Source: Candidatus Hermodarchaeota archaeon (GTDB lineage: Archaea; Asgardarchaeota; Thorarchaeia; Thorarchaeales; Thorarchaeaceae). From it: a DNA stretch of 64,000 bases. This document shows, piece by piece, positions 29,437-39,152 of this stretch. The stretch's first letter is position 1, and every line of letters begins with the position of its first letter. Position numbers and translations under genes: made by a program. The notes under the pieces are model-generated. The model saw only the letters and a list, made by a program, of their open reading frames with translations. It ran no database searches and was not told where the DNA came from. Where the stretch lies: assembly GCA_048885865.1 (NCBI GenBank), contig JBHLLF010000006.1, positions 32,001 to 96,000 on the forward strand. Direction: 5' to 3'.

Positions 29437-29783
29437 AAGAAATGGAAGATGTCGAAAAGACCCTCAAGACCTTTCAAAGACACTTTGGAGCTCTGAACAG
29501 GGATATTCCAGAAACTAGGAACGCATACACTGATCTTCTAAAAACCGTACACAAAGATGGTGCGCTGCCTGCGAAATTCAAAGAGATCATCTGTATCGTG
29601 GCTGCTATCCTATCTCCATGTGAGTCATGCATGGTATATCATACTAAGCAGGCAATATCAGCTGGAGCAACCAGAGATGAGATAATGGAAGCAGCAGCTG
29701 TGGCTATTGTAATGGGAGGAGGCCCTGCTGCGGCTCATATCGCAACTGTGCAGGATGCTCTAGATAAGTGGGCTCCTAGGTAG
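29433..29783 (+). CDS. Carboxymuconolactone decarboxylase/AhpD-family protein
   Basis: GALPAKFKEII...CESC..YH...A..AGAT.DEI. Confidence 0.88.
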   Translation: MKEMEDVEKTLKTFQRHFGALNRDIPETRNAYTDLLKTVHKDGALPAKFKEIICIVAAILSPCESCMVYHTKQAISAGATRDEIMEAAAVAIVMGGGPAAAHIATVQDALDKWAPR

Positions 29784-29787
29784 TAGA

Positions 29788-30129
29788 CTAGGGAAAATCA
29801 CGCACGCAGAGAAACTTAGCCGGCTGAGACCATGGATTGAGGAATTGATGCGGTTCATTTGCTGCGATATGAATCACATCACCGGGATTTAGCTTGAGTA
29901 GTTGCTCGCCAACTTTCACTTGCAGAATTCCACTAAGCACATAGACTCCATGTTCGTGCCGATGATTGTCAGGGGCTGAATGACCCCCTGATTCTATGAT
30001 GTACGTTCTCAGGGCAAATCTCGTTGAAGAATTCTCAGGACCTAGAAGACCCTTATTCCGGAATCCTTTCGCACCCTCTTTGGAATATTCCTCATATTCC
30101 TTTGGCGGCACATCACTTGTCAAATACAT
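29788..30129 (-). CDS. Cupin domain protein
   Basis: HRHEHGVYVLSG and PGDVIHI...EPHQF. Confidence 0.85.
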   Translation of the reverse strand: MYLTSDVPPKEYEEYSKEGAKGFRNKGLLGPENSSTRFALRTYIIESGGHSAPDNHRHEHGVYVLSGILQVKVGEQLLKLNPGDVIHIAANEPHQFLNPWSQPAKFLCVRDFP

Positions 30130-30155
30130 CCAGTGAAACAACTCCCATCTTTTGA

Positions 30156-31205
30156 CTATTCGAGGTCTGTGAAGAGCACCTTGATAGCCTGTTGTGTTTC
30201 CATGAGGTTGAAACCATCCTCCCAATCATCAAGTGCAATCCTGTGTGTAATGAGTGAACTAACATCTATCTTCCTCGACCTCATTAGCCGCAATGTTGTG
30301 ACCCAAGATGACGGAAGTGTCCCCCAGGTCCCTGTCATAGTGAGCTCCTTCTCAATCATGGGATCAAGGTCAATCTCCATAGGCCTGCCCCTAACCCCCA
30401 CTAGTGAAACATGTCCTGCGACTTTGACGAAATCAAGAGACTGAGCGCATGCAACACACGCTCCGGATGCCTCTATCACGACATCCGCACCTAAACCGTT
30501 TGTATGGTTTCTTACAATTCCAACAGGGTCCATATCAGATTGAACATCGATAGTTAGATCAGCACCGGTCTTGCGTGCAATGTCGAATCGCCATTTGTCT
30601 GCCGTCACACCCGTTACAATTACCTGGCCAGCACCCATGGCTTTAGCAACTTGCACTGCAAGCAATCCCATAGTACCAGGACCTTGAACAACAACTGTGT
30701 CACCAGGACAGATTTTTGTGCTTTCAGCCACTGCATGAACAACGCACGCAGTAGGCTCAGCCAGTGCTGCCTCTTCTAGCGAAACACCCTCCGGCACAAT
30801 ATGGATTATGTACTCGGGTACAGTCAGATACTTTGCAAATGCCCCGTTTGCCAGAGAAACGCCAAGGATGCGCTTTCCTTCAGCAGTGCAACGGTTCATG
30901 TGTCCTGTCTTGCATTGGTAGCATCTGCCGCAATATGCAGTTGCTGGTGAAACAACTCTGTCGCCCACTTTGACATCTAATACATCAGGACCAATATCGA
31001 CAACAGTGCCGGAGTATTCATGACCTAGAATCACAGGCGGAGTGTAGAATGATTGATCATGCTTTATGTGAATGTCAGTTCCACAGATACCTGCAGCGGC
31101 TACTTCAATAAGGACTTCATCTCGCCCTGGCTTGGGTTCCTCAATTTCTCTGACCTCGAGATTTCCTACACCCCGGGATGTCTTCATGAGTCCTCTCATC
31201 TTCAT
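30156..31205 (-). CDS. Zn-dependent alcohol dehydrogenase (MDR, sorbitol/threonine DH-like)
   Basis: GICGTD, GHE, CGRCYQC...C, GPGTMG. Confidence 0.93.
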   Translation of the reverse strand: MKMRGLMKTSRGVGNLEVREIEEPKPGRDEVLIEVAAAGICGTDIHIKHDQSFYTPPVILGHEYSGTVVDIGPDVLDVKVGDRVVSPATAYCGRCYQCKTGHMNRCTAEGKRILGVSLANGAFAKYLTVPEYIIHIVPEGVSLEEAALAEPTACVVHAVAESTKICPGDTVVVQGPGTMGLLAVQVAKAMGAGQVIVTGVTADKWRFDIARKTGADLTIDVQSDMDPVGIVRNHTNGLGADVVIEASGACVACAQSLDFVKVAGHVSLVGVRGRPMEIDLDPMIEKELTMTGTWGTLPSSWVTTLRLMRSRKIDVSSLITHRIALDDWEDGFNLMETQQAIKVLFTDLE

Positions 31206-31261
31206 AGACCTCAGGGGCGACTATCCTGCAGAACTATAGAATCTTGTGGCAAGTATAGGCG

Positions 31262-31552
31262 TCAGGTTTCTGATTCGGAATTGTTGCTTATGGCAGTAAA
31301 GAAAATGGCTGGTTCCTCCCCCTCATCAAGAGAGTGAACTTTGAATGTTGTACCATGCTCTGACCGCATTCGATTTGCAGTCTGAGCCCCGATGAACTTC
31401 TTTCTGACTCCCGAACGACGCCCTTTCCAGATGAATATGCTCTTGCTAACGTCATCGATGATGCAGTACACATTCTCGGATTCAAGTGAGTCTTTTGTAA
31501 CTTCGACTTCAATGGATGTGCCATCATCCTGCACTTGAAACCCATTGACCAT
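31262..31552 (-). CDS. Single-domain gelsolin homologue
   Basis: SLESENVYCIID...IFIWKGRRS...KK...A and DEGEEP..F match the gelsolin repeat consensus. Confidence 0.85.
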   Translation of the reverse strand: MVNGFQVQDDGTSIEVEVTKDSLESENVYCIIDDVSKSIFIWKGRRSGVRKKFIGAQTANRMRSEHGTTFKVHSLDEGEEPAIFFTAISNNSESET

Positions 31553-31604
31553 AGTTGCATGCCTCATTGTATACACGTTCGATGATTCAATACTTAAGAA
31601 AAGC

Positions 31605-31973
31605 TCAGACGCTTTCGAAGTTGGCTCGGACCGTCTCGCCGCAGTAGTTGCACCTTGCTTCTAGAGGGCCCGTCCAATCGATGTCCTCATGAGATAGTGA
31701 TGCATTGCAGGAAGGACACCTCTCAGGCAAGCGTACTGTTCGAATCTCAGTACCGTCGCTTCTTCTCCTGCCCCTGTGTCTATCAGGAATTACAAATGAT
31801 GGCGCCTCTGTTGTCCAACCTCTTGTTATCTGCGAGCTTGTTCTGCATGCATTTCTCATAACAGACACCATAACTATGCAGAATATGACTGGAACAAGAA
31901 TGAAGACTAGGGTGAGGGCACCGAAGACTTCCCAAAACACTCCGAAGATTGAATCAAAGATTCCAAATTGCAA
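31605..31973 (-). CDS. Membrane-anchored Zn-ribbon protein
   Basis: N-terminal TM; CPSCNA...CNYCG. Confidence 0.75.
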   Translation of the reverse strand: MQFGIFDSIFGVFWEVFGALTLVFILVPVIFCIVMVSVMRNACRTSSQITRGWTTEAPSFVIPDRHRGRRRSDGTEIRTVRLPERCPSCNASLSHEDIDWTGPLEARCNYCGETVRANFESV

Positions 31974-32083
31974 TATACTTCTCCTCTGATAGAGATTGGT
32001 TCATGCTAGGTCGAGATGAGCCCGCTTATTATCTTTGTCGAGAGGAATTGGTGAGTAGGTCACTAAGCGGAACCCATTAGTCC

Positions 32084-33061
32084 TTATCCAGCTACTTCCT
32101 CTTCCGCATCAAGTGTAAACGCCGTCCTTAGAAAGCGGAGTGCAAATCCAAGCATTCCTAGACCAAACACAATTCCTATTGCAGTGGGGAAAACTCCATC
32201 GAACTGAGTCAGACCCAGGTAAACGAGAAGCAATCCAAGGCCCCCTCCAACACCAAGATGAAGTAGCCCTCCCATGAAGGTCATCGCTCTAAAGGCCATC
32301 TTTCTGGGGAATTTCAATGAGATCACCCGGCCAGAAGCCCCATCCACCATGGCATTGTATTTCCTGATTGAGAAGTCATACTTGATATGCCAAACAGGAA
32401 CATAGACCAGGAAGACTGCCGGAACATTGAGGGTTGTTTCCATCCTATTGACGTGATCAACCTCTTTCATTGCCTCTTCGTGGAGAACTCGACTCATTCC
32501 TTTCTTTGCAGAATCGATTGCAGCCTCACGATCTACTTGAACAGGTCTTAGCTTCCCAGCAACATCATCAATCAAATCTTTGCTGAAGAACTCCTTTCTC
32601 TTTGTCGGGATGATGTAATCAATAAGAGCCTTGGGAACATCCATTGTAGCAGGAATAAAGATGTCCTTCTCCAAGTCAAGATGTCCTGTTTCTTCTACCG
32701 ACTCCCAACTCAAACTTGAGAAGCGACCTCCACCTCCCCAATTTGGCTTCTTCTGTGTCCCTACAAAATTGCCATCAGCCTCAACCTCAACGACCCAGAA
32801 CGGATAGTATACCAGTTCACTCTCGACAACTTTGGATTTCTTCTCCAGGTCTTGCGGAGCACCAAGCTGCTTCGTAGCCCAATTCAGCAGCTTGCCCCAT
32901 GCGTCATCAAGACTATACTGCACTCTCATGACATAACTCTCTTTGAGAATCTCACCTGTCTTCACTTGAACAGTTGTGCTACAGTATGGACAGACGACTG
33001 TGCTAGCATGAGGCGGAATTTGGATTGGACCATCACAGTTCGGGCATTGGATTCTGCTCAT
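32084..33061 (-). CDS. Zn-ribbon + soluble domain + 2 C-terminal TM protein
   Basis: CPNCD..CPYCS, YYPFW, YVPVW..Y, VDGASGRV...P. Confidence 0.8.
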   Translation of the reverse strand: MSRIQCPNCDGPIQIPPHASTVVCPYCSTTVQVKTGEILKESYVMRVQYSLDDAWGKLLNWATKQLGAPQDLEKKSKVVESELVYYPFWVVEVEADGNFVGTQKKPNWGGGGRFSSLSWESVEETGHLDLEKDIFIPATMDVPKALIDYIIPTKRKEFFSKDLIDDVAGKLRPVQVDREAAIDSAKKGMSRVLHEEAMKEVDHVNRMETTLNVPAVFLVYVPVWHIKYDFSIRKYNAMVDGASGRVISLKFPRKMAFRAMTFMGGLLHLGVGGGLGLLLVYLGLTQFDGVFPTAIGIVFGLGMLGFALRFLRTAFTLDAEEEVAG

Positions 33062-34128
33062 GAGAACCTACCTCCCAGATTCTTAATGGAATCACCAAAG
33101 GAGAATCCTTCCTCGCGTTCCTCTCCTTCTGCAGTCAGCTCTATCTCATACTTCAAAACACCGCCAACAATCTGGATAGATCCGGCCCATAGGACAAGCC
33201 CCAAGATGAACATCGCAATTGGAATAAGAAAGATATCTCCATCTGATGAGTCGGCCATTAAAATCCCGTAGGTGATGTATGGGGTCCCCTGAATGAGAAG
33301 TGACGCTGCAACTAGCATGAATACGCTTGTGAACCATTTCTTCACTCGATAGGTCTTCGTGACTGGCAACTCTCCAAGAACGACCTTCCCAGTGGCTCCA
33401 GACACCGCAACTCGGAAGGTGCCCCCTCGATACTCATATCTGATTAGCCAATATGGAGCATGTATGTAGGTGCAATCCTCAAGCTCCATATCTAGTCTAT
33501 AATCGAAGAGCTTGTCCATTCTCTCTTTCAGTTCAGCACGGTCTCTTTCCGACTTTTGATATTTTGCGCGAACTGGTGCATCAGTATCAGCAATCTCGGC
33601 ATTGAGTACTGGCGCCTTGTCAGTGAGTTTGATATCGAAATTCGTTGACTCTGTGTCTACTAGACTATCTATGAACTCCTGGATGCCAAATGTGGCAGCA
33701 TATCGCCTTGCCAACACCCATTCAGTGATTCTGGCTGAGTCACGCCCCTCGACTTTGACCCAACGCTTCTTGTCGCCGGATCCTTCTTGCTCTGCGCCAA
33801 AATGGTATGTTTCAGTCGATGCATTTACTCGGAACATAGGAATCCACTGAAGAGTTGGCTCACCAAGCTCTATGTCCTTGGTGACACCTTTTCCTACTGA
33901 CCTTGATGCTGCAAATTGCAACCAATCTGAAACCGTCTTATTCACTCTTTCTTTATCGAGCTTATTGCTTAGAAGCAAGTGTGTCTTTAACTCTCCTCCA
34001 TCAACTATGAACGTATGTCCACAATACGGACAAGTTGAGATGACATCATCAGCTCCTAGCGGATAGGGTGCATTACAGACCTCGCAACGATATTGGACCA
34101 AACTCTGAGAATTTTCTGCAGTCGTCAT
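33058..34128 (-). CDS. Paralogue of the downstream Zn-ribbon membrane protein
   Basis: CEVCN..CPYCG, WIPMF, HAPYW..Y, VSGATGKV..ELP, 2 TM; 4-bp ATGA overlap with its paralogue. Confidence 0.8.
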   Translation of the reverse strand: MTTAENSQSLVQYRCEVCNAPYPLGADDVISTCPYCGHTFIVDGGELKTHLLLSNKLDKERVNKTVSDWLQFAASRSVGKGVTKDIELGEPTLQWIPMFRVNASTETYHFGAEQEGSGDKKRWVKVEGRDSARITEWVLARRYAATFGIQEFIDSLVDTESTNFDIKLTDKAPVLNAEIADTDAPVRAKYQKSERDRAELKERMDKLFDYRLDMELEDCTYIHAPYWLIRYEYRGGTFRVAVSGATGKVVLGELPVTKTYRVKKWFTSVFMLVAASLLIQGTPYITYGILMADSSDGDIFLIPIAMFILGLVLWAGSIQIVGGVLKYEIELTAEGEEREEGFSFGDSIKNLGGRFS

Positions 34129-34332
34129 AACCACAACAATCCTTTGGCATGCTTTTCTCCCGCAGAGTCGAGGAGGTGGCATGTGGAATCACTTTCTTAA
34201 ACGAAACGAATGTCCCACAGAAAGTCAAGTTACATTTACCGCGGGTTTTGTCGATTTAGATACGGTTCGGAACCTATAAAAGATTGAGCCAAGAGCCAGT
34301 CCCAAGAACCTCAGTGGAGGCACGAAGAAAAA

Positions 34333-34692
34333 ATGAAGATACCTGCAAGTATCCTGAAGAGATTATACGTAAAGAATAGCCTCGCTAACCAAGATGATGG
34401 CTTCAGCTTCAAGATTAAGAACTCATTATCGAATGGGACTGCGACCTCATTGTCACCTGTCACCGTTGATGGCAATGAATATCCACTTGATGCGATGCTA
34501 ATCAAGACCCCCGATGGAGAAGTTGCAGCAGCAGAAGTCACAGAAGCGAACACCTTCCTAATCAAGGTCGGTGTTGAAGTCGAGATTCATGTGAAGGGAG
34601 ATCCACTCTCAGAAGGGTCACACACGATCGGGATTGGTTTCGAAACAAAGGAAATAGGCGGAATCGCCTTCGAAGTAGACGACGAGATATAG
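34333..34692 (+). CDS. Small beta-sandwich protein (DUF6379/C-deglycosidase-beta-like)
   Basis: LKRLYVKNSL.N..DGFSF.IKN motif; good RBS (GGAGG). Confidence 0.55.
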   Translation: MKIPASILKRLYVKNSLANQDDGFSFKIKNSLSNGTATSLSPVTVDGNEYPLDAMLIKTPDGEVAAAEVTEANTFLIKVGVEVEIHVKGDPLSEGSHTIGIGFETKEIGGIAFEVDDEI

Positions 34693-34701
34693 GATAGGGA
34701 A

Positions 34702-34739
34702 GCAGAAGGATGAGTACCTTCTGCGTTTCTGTTCTTTCT
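34702..34739 (+). terminator. Hairpin + T-rich tract
   Basis: GCAGAAGG-ATGAGTA-CCTTCTGC followed by GTTTCTGTTCTTTCT. Confidence 0.6.
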
Positions 34740-35071
34740 AGTTCTTAGCAGTCATTATGTTAGAAACCACTCCAATCAGTAGTCAAATCATCCAATTGAA
34801 AGGAGTGCGAGTAATAGAAGCAAGACTGGTGCCAACAGAATAAATTGAAGGATTTTGCCTCTTCTTGTCCCCTGATTACTGCAAAAGGGGCATAGATAAG
34901 CCGACTCCGGAAGTTCACGGTTTAATTGCGCATTCTCTTGGTCCATGACAACCATATCTCACTAACATTGATAGATTATTACATTTGAGTTATAGTCATG
35001 GCCTCTAGAGGAGTATAATGCCGGAATAGTTTTCTGCATTTCCGCTTCTAGAAGCATTGGTGGTCGGTGAG

Positions 35072-35980
35072 ATGTACGTCAAGATAAGAACCGATGGAGC
35101 CGTTGGAATTGGACGCGGCACTGATGGCGCTGCTGAAATCACCCTTGGATATGGAGAGGCTCATATGATTGCTGCTGCGCTCGAAAAACTTGCTCAGACA
35201 GCAAGGAGCTATAAGCAGACATATCATAAGACAACAGATGTTGGGGGAGGAAACAGAATAGACTTCGAGCGCTCAGAGGATGGTACAATAACTGTCGCTG
35301 GTGACAGACAGAAATACGTTTGCACTGAAACCGAAATCCGGGAACTGGCTGAGAAGCTAAAACGTCTTCCTCCCGTGGAGGTTGCTCCTGCTTCGGACTA
35401 TGTTAAGAAGACAACACCAAAGCAGGGGTACTGCATTGCTGTAATGAACGGAGGTCAAACGATTAGCCTAAGGCTAGCAGAAGCCGCCCTCATGAAGACT
35501 GCTGTTCAGGGTAGTCTAGACAGCAGATTCTATGATGAGAAGATAGTCATTGGAGATAGAGAACTGACTGTCAACAGAAGTAGCGATCTCAAGTGGAAGC
35601 TCAGTGATGAGTCTACAGATGTCAAGTTTACCGCCTACGAGGTAGAGGCGTTGATTGCTGGGCTCCATAATGGAATGCTCGATGTGATTATGGACATGGT
35701 CAAGGCTCTTGGAAGTGACGACCTTGCTGATATTCGCGTTAAGAGTCAAATCCAGAGAGTAGAGCAGGATTCTGCCAAGATTCTTGGCGAGTATAAGAAA
35801 GCAAGGTCAATAGTAAGAGAGATCACGAAGAGTGCCAGGAAGATTATTGGCACAAAAGAGGATGCAGATGCTAGAACGAATCGTTTCATTCAGATGTGCC
35901 GCTATGTGCAGTCAAAGGTAGACCCCACATATCAAGAGCCGCTTTTGAACCTCATCTCTGATACCTTTACAGGTAAGTAG
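35072..35980 (+). CDS. Hypothetical protein with four beta-beta-beta-alpha repeats and a helical C-terminus
   Basis: Long ORF with coding-like composition; internal repeats visible. Confidence 0.75.
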   Translation: MYVKIRTDGAVGIGRGTDGAAEITLGYGEAHMIAAALEKLAQTARSYKQTYHKTTDVGGGNRIDFERSEDGTITVAGDRQKYVCTETEIRELAEKLKRLPPVEVAPASDYVKKTTPKQGYCIAVMNGGQTISLRLAEAALMKTAVQGSLDSRFYDEKIVIGDRELTVNRSSDLKWKLSDESTDVKFTAYEVEALIAGLHNGMLDVIMDMVKALGSDDLADIRVKSQIQRVEQDSAKILGEYKKARSIVREITKSARKIIGTKEDADARTNRFIQMCRYVQSKVDPTYQEPLLNLISDTFTGK

Positions 35981-37405
35981 TCACAGCGACTCATGTTCCA
36001 TAACAGCAGTGGACCAAGGATAGCGTTCCAGCACGCGCTGCATCAGTCTTCTCACCTTTTGCTCTTCAGATGTGCCACTGTAGGCGAGGAGGACCACTAG
36101 ACCGCCCCTTGTCCGTTTCATTTTCTGATACATTGTCTTCGAAGTGTTGATGGTGTCACAGATTATCATGACTTGAGCCTGAGGAATGTCAAGGTCACGT
36201 TCACCAACTGGAGACATTACAAGGGCATGTGTGTCAGGATTCTCTCTGAATTGGCGTAGGACCTCACCCTTGTCGCGGGTCTGTCCAGTTATTACAAGCA
36301 CATTAAGGCCAGCTTTTTCAAGCACCTTCTGAATCTGAGACACCATTTCAAGATAGGAAGTGAGGACAAGCGTTTTCTTGTAGTTCAGAGCGATTTGAAG
36401 CACTCTTGTGACTTTTGCAGGCACAGTGGGAAGAGTTCTGCGGAGCTGACTCACATTGAAGTGATGCTTGATGAAGTCAGAGTGAAACATTCTGAGGAAC
36501 TGCTTGGGAGGCATTGCGTAGACATATTTGCGCAGCATCAGGAGCGATGAATACTGCCCCTTCAACTCCTCTGTAACAGGCAGTCGTTCTAGAAGCATAT
36601 GCACTCGCCTGGCGTCTCCCTCTACCAGGTCCAAGTTATTTCCTGCAGCAAGTTCTGCCATAATCTCGGCCCTTGTGTTCCGAATGAGCTCATCCAGAAC
36701 AGACGAGATTGATCTGATCTTCACATCTGTCACGGTTCCTACTGTGAGGAATGTTGGTTCCAGATAGCTCTCAACATCAGTATCATACAGGTCCTCCATC
36801 GAGATCAATTCGGCCTCAGGAATATGTTCCCTCAGCGTGTTCAATTCATCGCGAATCTCAAGCTGTTCCTTGGTGAAGACTGCATGATCATCGCGGAGAG
36901 TCCCACTCATGCCGATGAGCCACTTGTCGCCCAGCAGTGAGAGAATTGATGGCCATGGGAAGACTAAGGCGGTATGTCCTCCGGATCTCCTGATTATTGT
37001 GTCAACCTCGTTAATCAGTATTGCATCAAACGATTCAAACAGGCTCAGGTCTTTCTTCGCCATTCCTGCTAATACCTGAGGGGTTGCTACAACAATACGC
37101 TTCTCCTTGAGGATATAGGGTCGTTTTGGTGAAGGCACCCGAGAAGAGAGTTCACCGAGGTCCTCATCAAGTCCTCCATACTCACCACGTAGATAATCCA
37201 TGGTTTCAGCAAGGGACGATGATGAATGCACGACAATGATAAACTTGAGTTCTGGGAATTGCTTTGCTACAAGCTGGTGCGTGACGAAACGTTTCCCTAG
37301 ACCACAGTCGAGCTCGAGGAGAAGATTGGATTCCCTGAGCTCACTGATTCTGTCAAGGATATACGTCTGGTAGCCTCTTGGGGTGTATTTTGGCCTCTCT
37401 TGCAT
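35981..37405 (-). CDS. Hef/FANCM-like SF2 helicase with degenerate motifs, no nuclease domain
   Basis: PRGYQ Q-motif, CGLGKR, VATPQ, INEVD, GMSGT, VGERDLDIP, YQKMKRT. Confidence 0.75.
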   Translation of the reverse strand: MQERPKYTPRGYQTYILDRISELRESNLLLELDCGLGKRFVTHQLVAKQFPELKFIIVVHSSSSLAETMDYLRGEYGGLDEDLGELSSRVPSPKRPYILKEKRIVVATPQVLAGMAKKDLSLFESFDAILINEVDTIIRRSGGHTALVFPWPSILSLLGDKWLIGMSGTLRDDHAVFTKEQLEIRDELNTLREHIPEAELISMEDLYDTDVESYLEPTFLTVGTVTDVKIRSISSVLDELIRNTRAEIMAELAAGNNLDLVEGDARRVHMLLERLPVTEELKGQYSSLLMLRKYVYAMPPKQFLRMFHSDFIKHHFNVSQLRRTLPTVPAKVTRVLQIALNYKKTLVLTSYLEMVSQIQKVLEKAGLNVLVITGQTRDKGEVLRQFRENPDTHALVMSPVGERDLDIPQAQVMIICDTINTSKTMYQKMKRTRGGLVVLLAYSGTSEEQKVRRLMQRVLERYPWSTAVMEHESL

Positions 37406-37504
37406 CTTGCTTGCTCGTCCGTTTCAGTGGTTAAGTACTCATCTCAATTATGCGCGATACCACTTTTTTGGGTGTCTTATAATGTTTGACAAGTACAGTA
37501 TTGT

Positions 37505-37762
37505 ATGAGAGCAACTCGAGTCCTTCGTACATGGGACAGATTCAAGGGAGACTATGTGGAGGTCGTGGTGGAAAATCCGCCTGATAGCACAATGCCCTGT
37601 ATGGACTGCAGGCATTACGATGCCAAGAATTCGAGATGTGAAGGTGTTGGTTCATGGTATTATAGAAGAAAGATCCCCTTCCCGGGGTTTATCCCAAATA
37701 TCTCGGATTGCGAAGTCAGGATGCATCCGGACCTACTCTCTTTTGTTCAGGAAAAGCCCTAG
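37505..37762 (+). CDS. Small Cys-rich hypothetical protein
   Basis: CMDCRHY...C...C; TTATAA upstream. Confidence 0.55.
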   Translation: MRATRVLRTWDRFKGDYVEVVVENPPDSTMPCMDCRHYDAKNSRCEGVGSWYYRRKIPFPGFIPNISDCEVRMHPDLLSFVQEKP

Positions 37763-38151
37763 AAACTCTTAAAGACCTTAGCCAAGGATGGCCCTTTCAC
37801 GTGCATTTTGAACTCATGGAAAGCACCGAAGGGAACGATGTCAATTACATATTCTCGATCCCTTAGACGGGACGCAGCCTCATCGATAAGAGCGTCTGCG
37901 AATTCTGGTTTGGACTTACTCTCGCCGAGATGTGCAAAAGAGTGAAGAATCACTTTGCGGGTTCCAACCTTTTGTGCTAACCAACGGATGTTCTTCACCA
38001 TTTTTCGCAAAACTGCGGCCCTATCGGCTTCATCCTTTTCCTCAGACTGTATCCAGACAAGGAGTGCATCAATGAAATCATCTGAAGCTTCCTCTGAGGT
38101 TTCATCAGGCCTGAACCAGAAATGCTCCACATGGAACATGAGCAGCCTCAT
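37759..38151 (-). CDS. Stand-alone archaeal-type threonyl-tRNA synthetase editing domain
   Basis: MRLLMFH, ILHSFAHL, PFG.F.EF...VKG..LA. Confidence 0.85.
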   Translation of the reverse strand: MRLLMFHVEHFWFRPDETSEEASDDFIDALLVWIQSEEKDEADRAAVLRKMVKNIRWLAQKVGTRKVILHSFAHLGESKSKPEFADALIDEAASRLRDREYVIDIVPFGAFHEFKMHVKGPSLAKVFKSF

Positions 38152-38213
38152 TGTTGAATCTCTTCCATTACTGAGTCACTCGGTGATAAGTCCTCACACT
38201 GAGTCATGAGTTA

Positions 38214-39152
38214 CTATTCTTCATTCTCTTGCTCATCGTCTTGCTCCGTTTCATCCTTATGCTTGCGCGTTTTCTTATGCCTTGTATCGGAGTTCTTGAC
38301 ATCATTCGCTTTCTCGACAAGCTCTTCCTTGTGTAGCGAAACGGGTCCGCCTAATACAGGTTCATCCTTGATGTCCTCTTCTCTAACCCTACGTGGAACT
38401 GCCTTTCCACGGACCCATATGGTGTTTGAAGGGATTTTTCTATCCTTTGGGACCACAGAGTTAGCTGCGATGATGACATTGTCCCCAATCTCTGCGCCCG
38501 GAAAGACAATGGCATAGCCTCCAATTGTCACATTATTGCCAACCTTCACGGTCTTGAGGTAGATTCCCTCGCCCTCATACATATGGCCAGTGAGTATTGA
38601 GCCGAATCCTACAAGACTGTTGTTACCAACAATGATGCGATCGGGCGTCATTAGACGTCCATTGCCAACAATGGTCCCTCTGCCAAGCTTAGCTCCAAAC
38701 CAGACATGTCTGCCTTTCACATCAAAGAAAACTGAGAAGAACCACGCAAAATATGGGAAAAGAAGATAGTAGACCTCGCGATATTCATAGAGTAGCCATG
38801 CGTCGGACTCTAGTGGATAGAAGCCGTCCTTTAGCTTAGGAATGAGCATCTGTGATAGCCGAAACATGACAGCAAGGATTGCCAAGAAGATTCCATAGCA
38901 CATGAAGATCAAAGTGGGAAATAGCAGGATGAACCAGAATTTGTCAAAGACAATTTGTGGGAGAAACCACCCAAAGACATCAAGGACCCACTGCTCGTAG
39001 GCCGTAAAGATTCCACCCCATGATGTAATTATTCTATCCATATGCTCATATGCAACGAATACAGCGGCGATTGTTGGTACAATCGCCACCGTAATACTAA
39101 GGAGGATGGAAAGGGCCATGTAGATGCCATATATGATGGTTCTTAGCTTCAT
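38214..39152 (-). CDS. Membrane-bound left-handed beta-helix (hexapeptide) acyltransferase
   Basis: N-terminal TMs; GAKLG, VGNNVTIGGYAIVFPGAEIGDNVIIAANSVV. Confidence 0.85.
   Translation of the reverse strand: MKLRTIIYGIYMALSILLSITVAIVPTIAAVFVAYEHMDRIITSWGGIFTAYEQWVLDVFGWFLPQIVFDKFWFILLFPTLIFMCYGIFLAILAVMFRLSQMLIPKLKDGFYPLESDAWLLYEYREVYYLLFPYFAWFFSVFFDVKGRHVWFGAKLGRGTIVGNGRLMTPDRIIVGNNSLVGFGSILTGHMYEGEGIYLKTVKVGNNVTIGGYAIVFPGAEIGDNVIIAANSVVPKDRKIPSNTIWVRGKAVPRRVREEDIKDEPVLGGPVSLHKEELVEKANDVKNSDTRHKKTRKHKDETEQDDEQENEE

Noticed and set aside
38170-38206. ACTGAGTCA direct repeat
   Set aside because: Only two 9-mers in a short spacer, which is compatible with chance.
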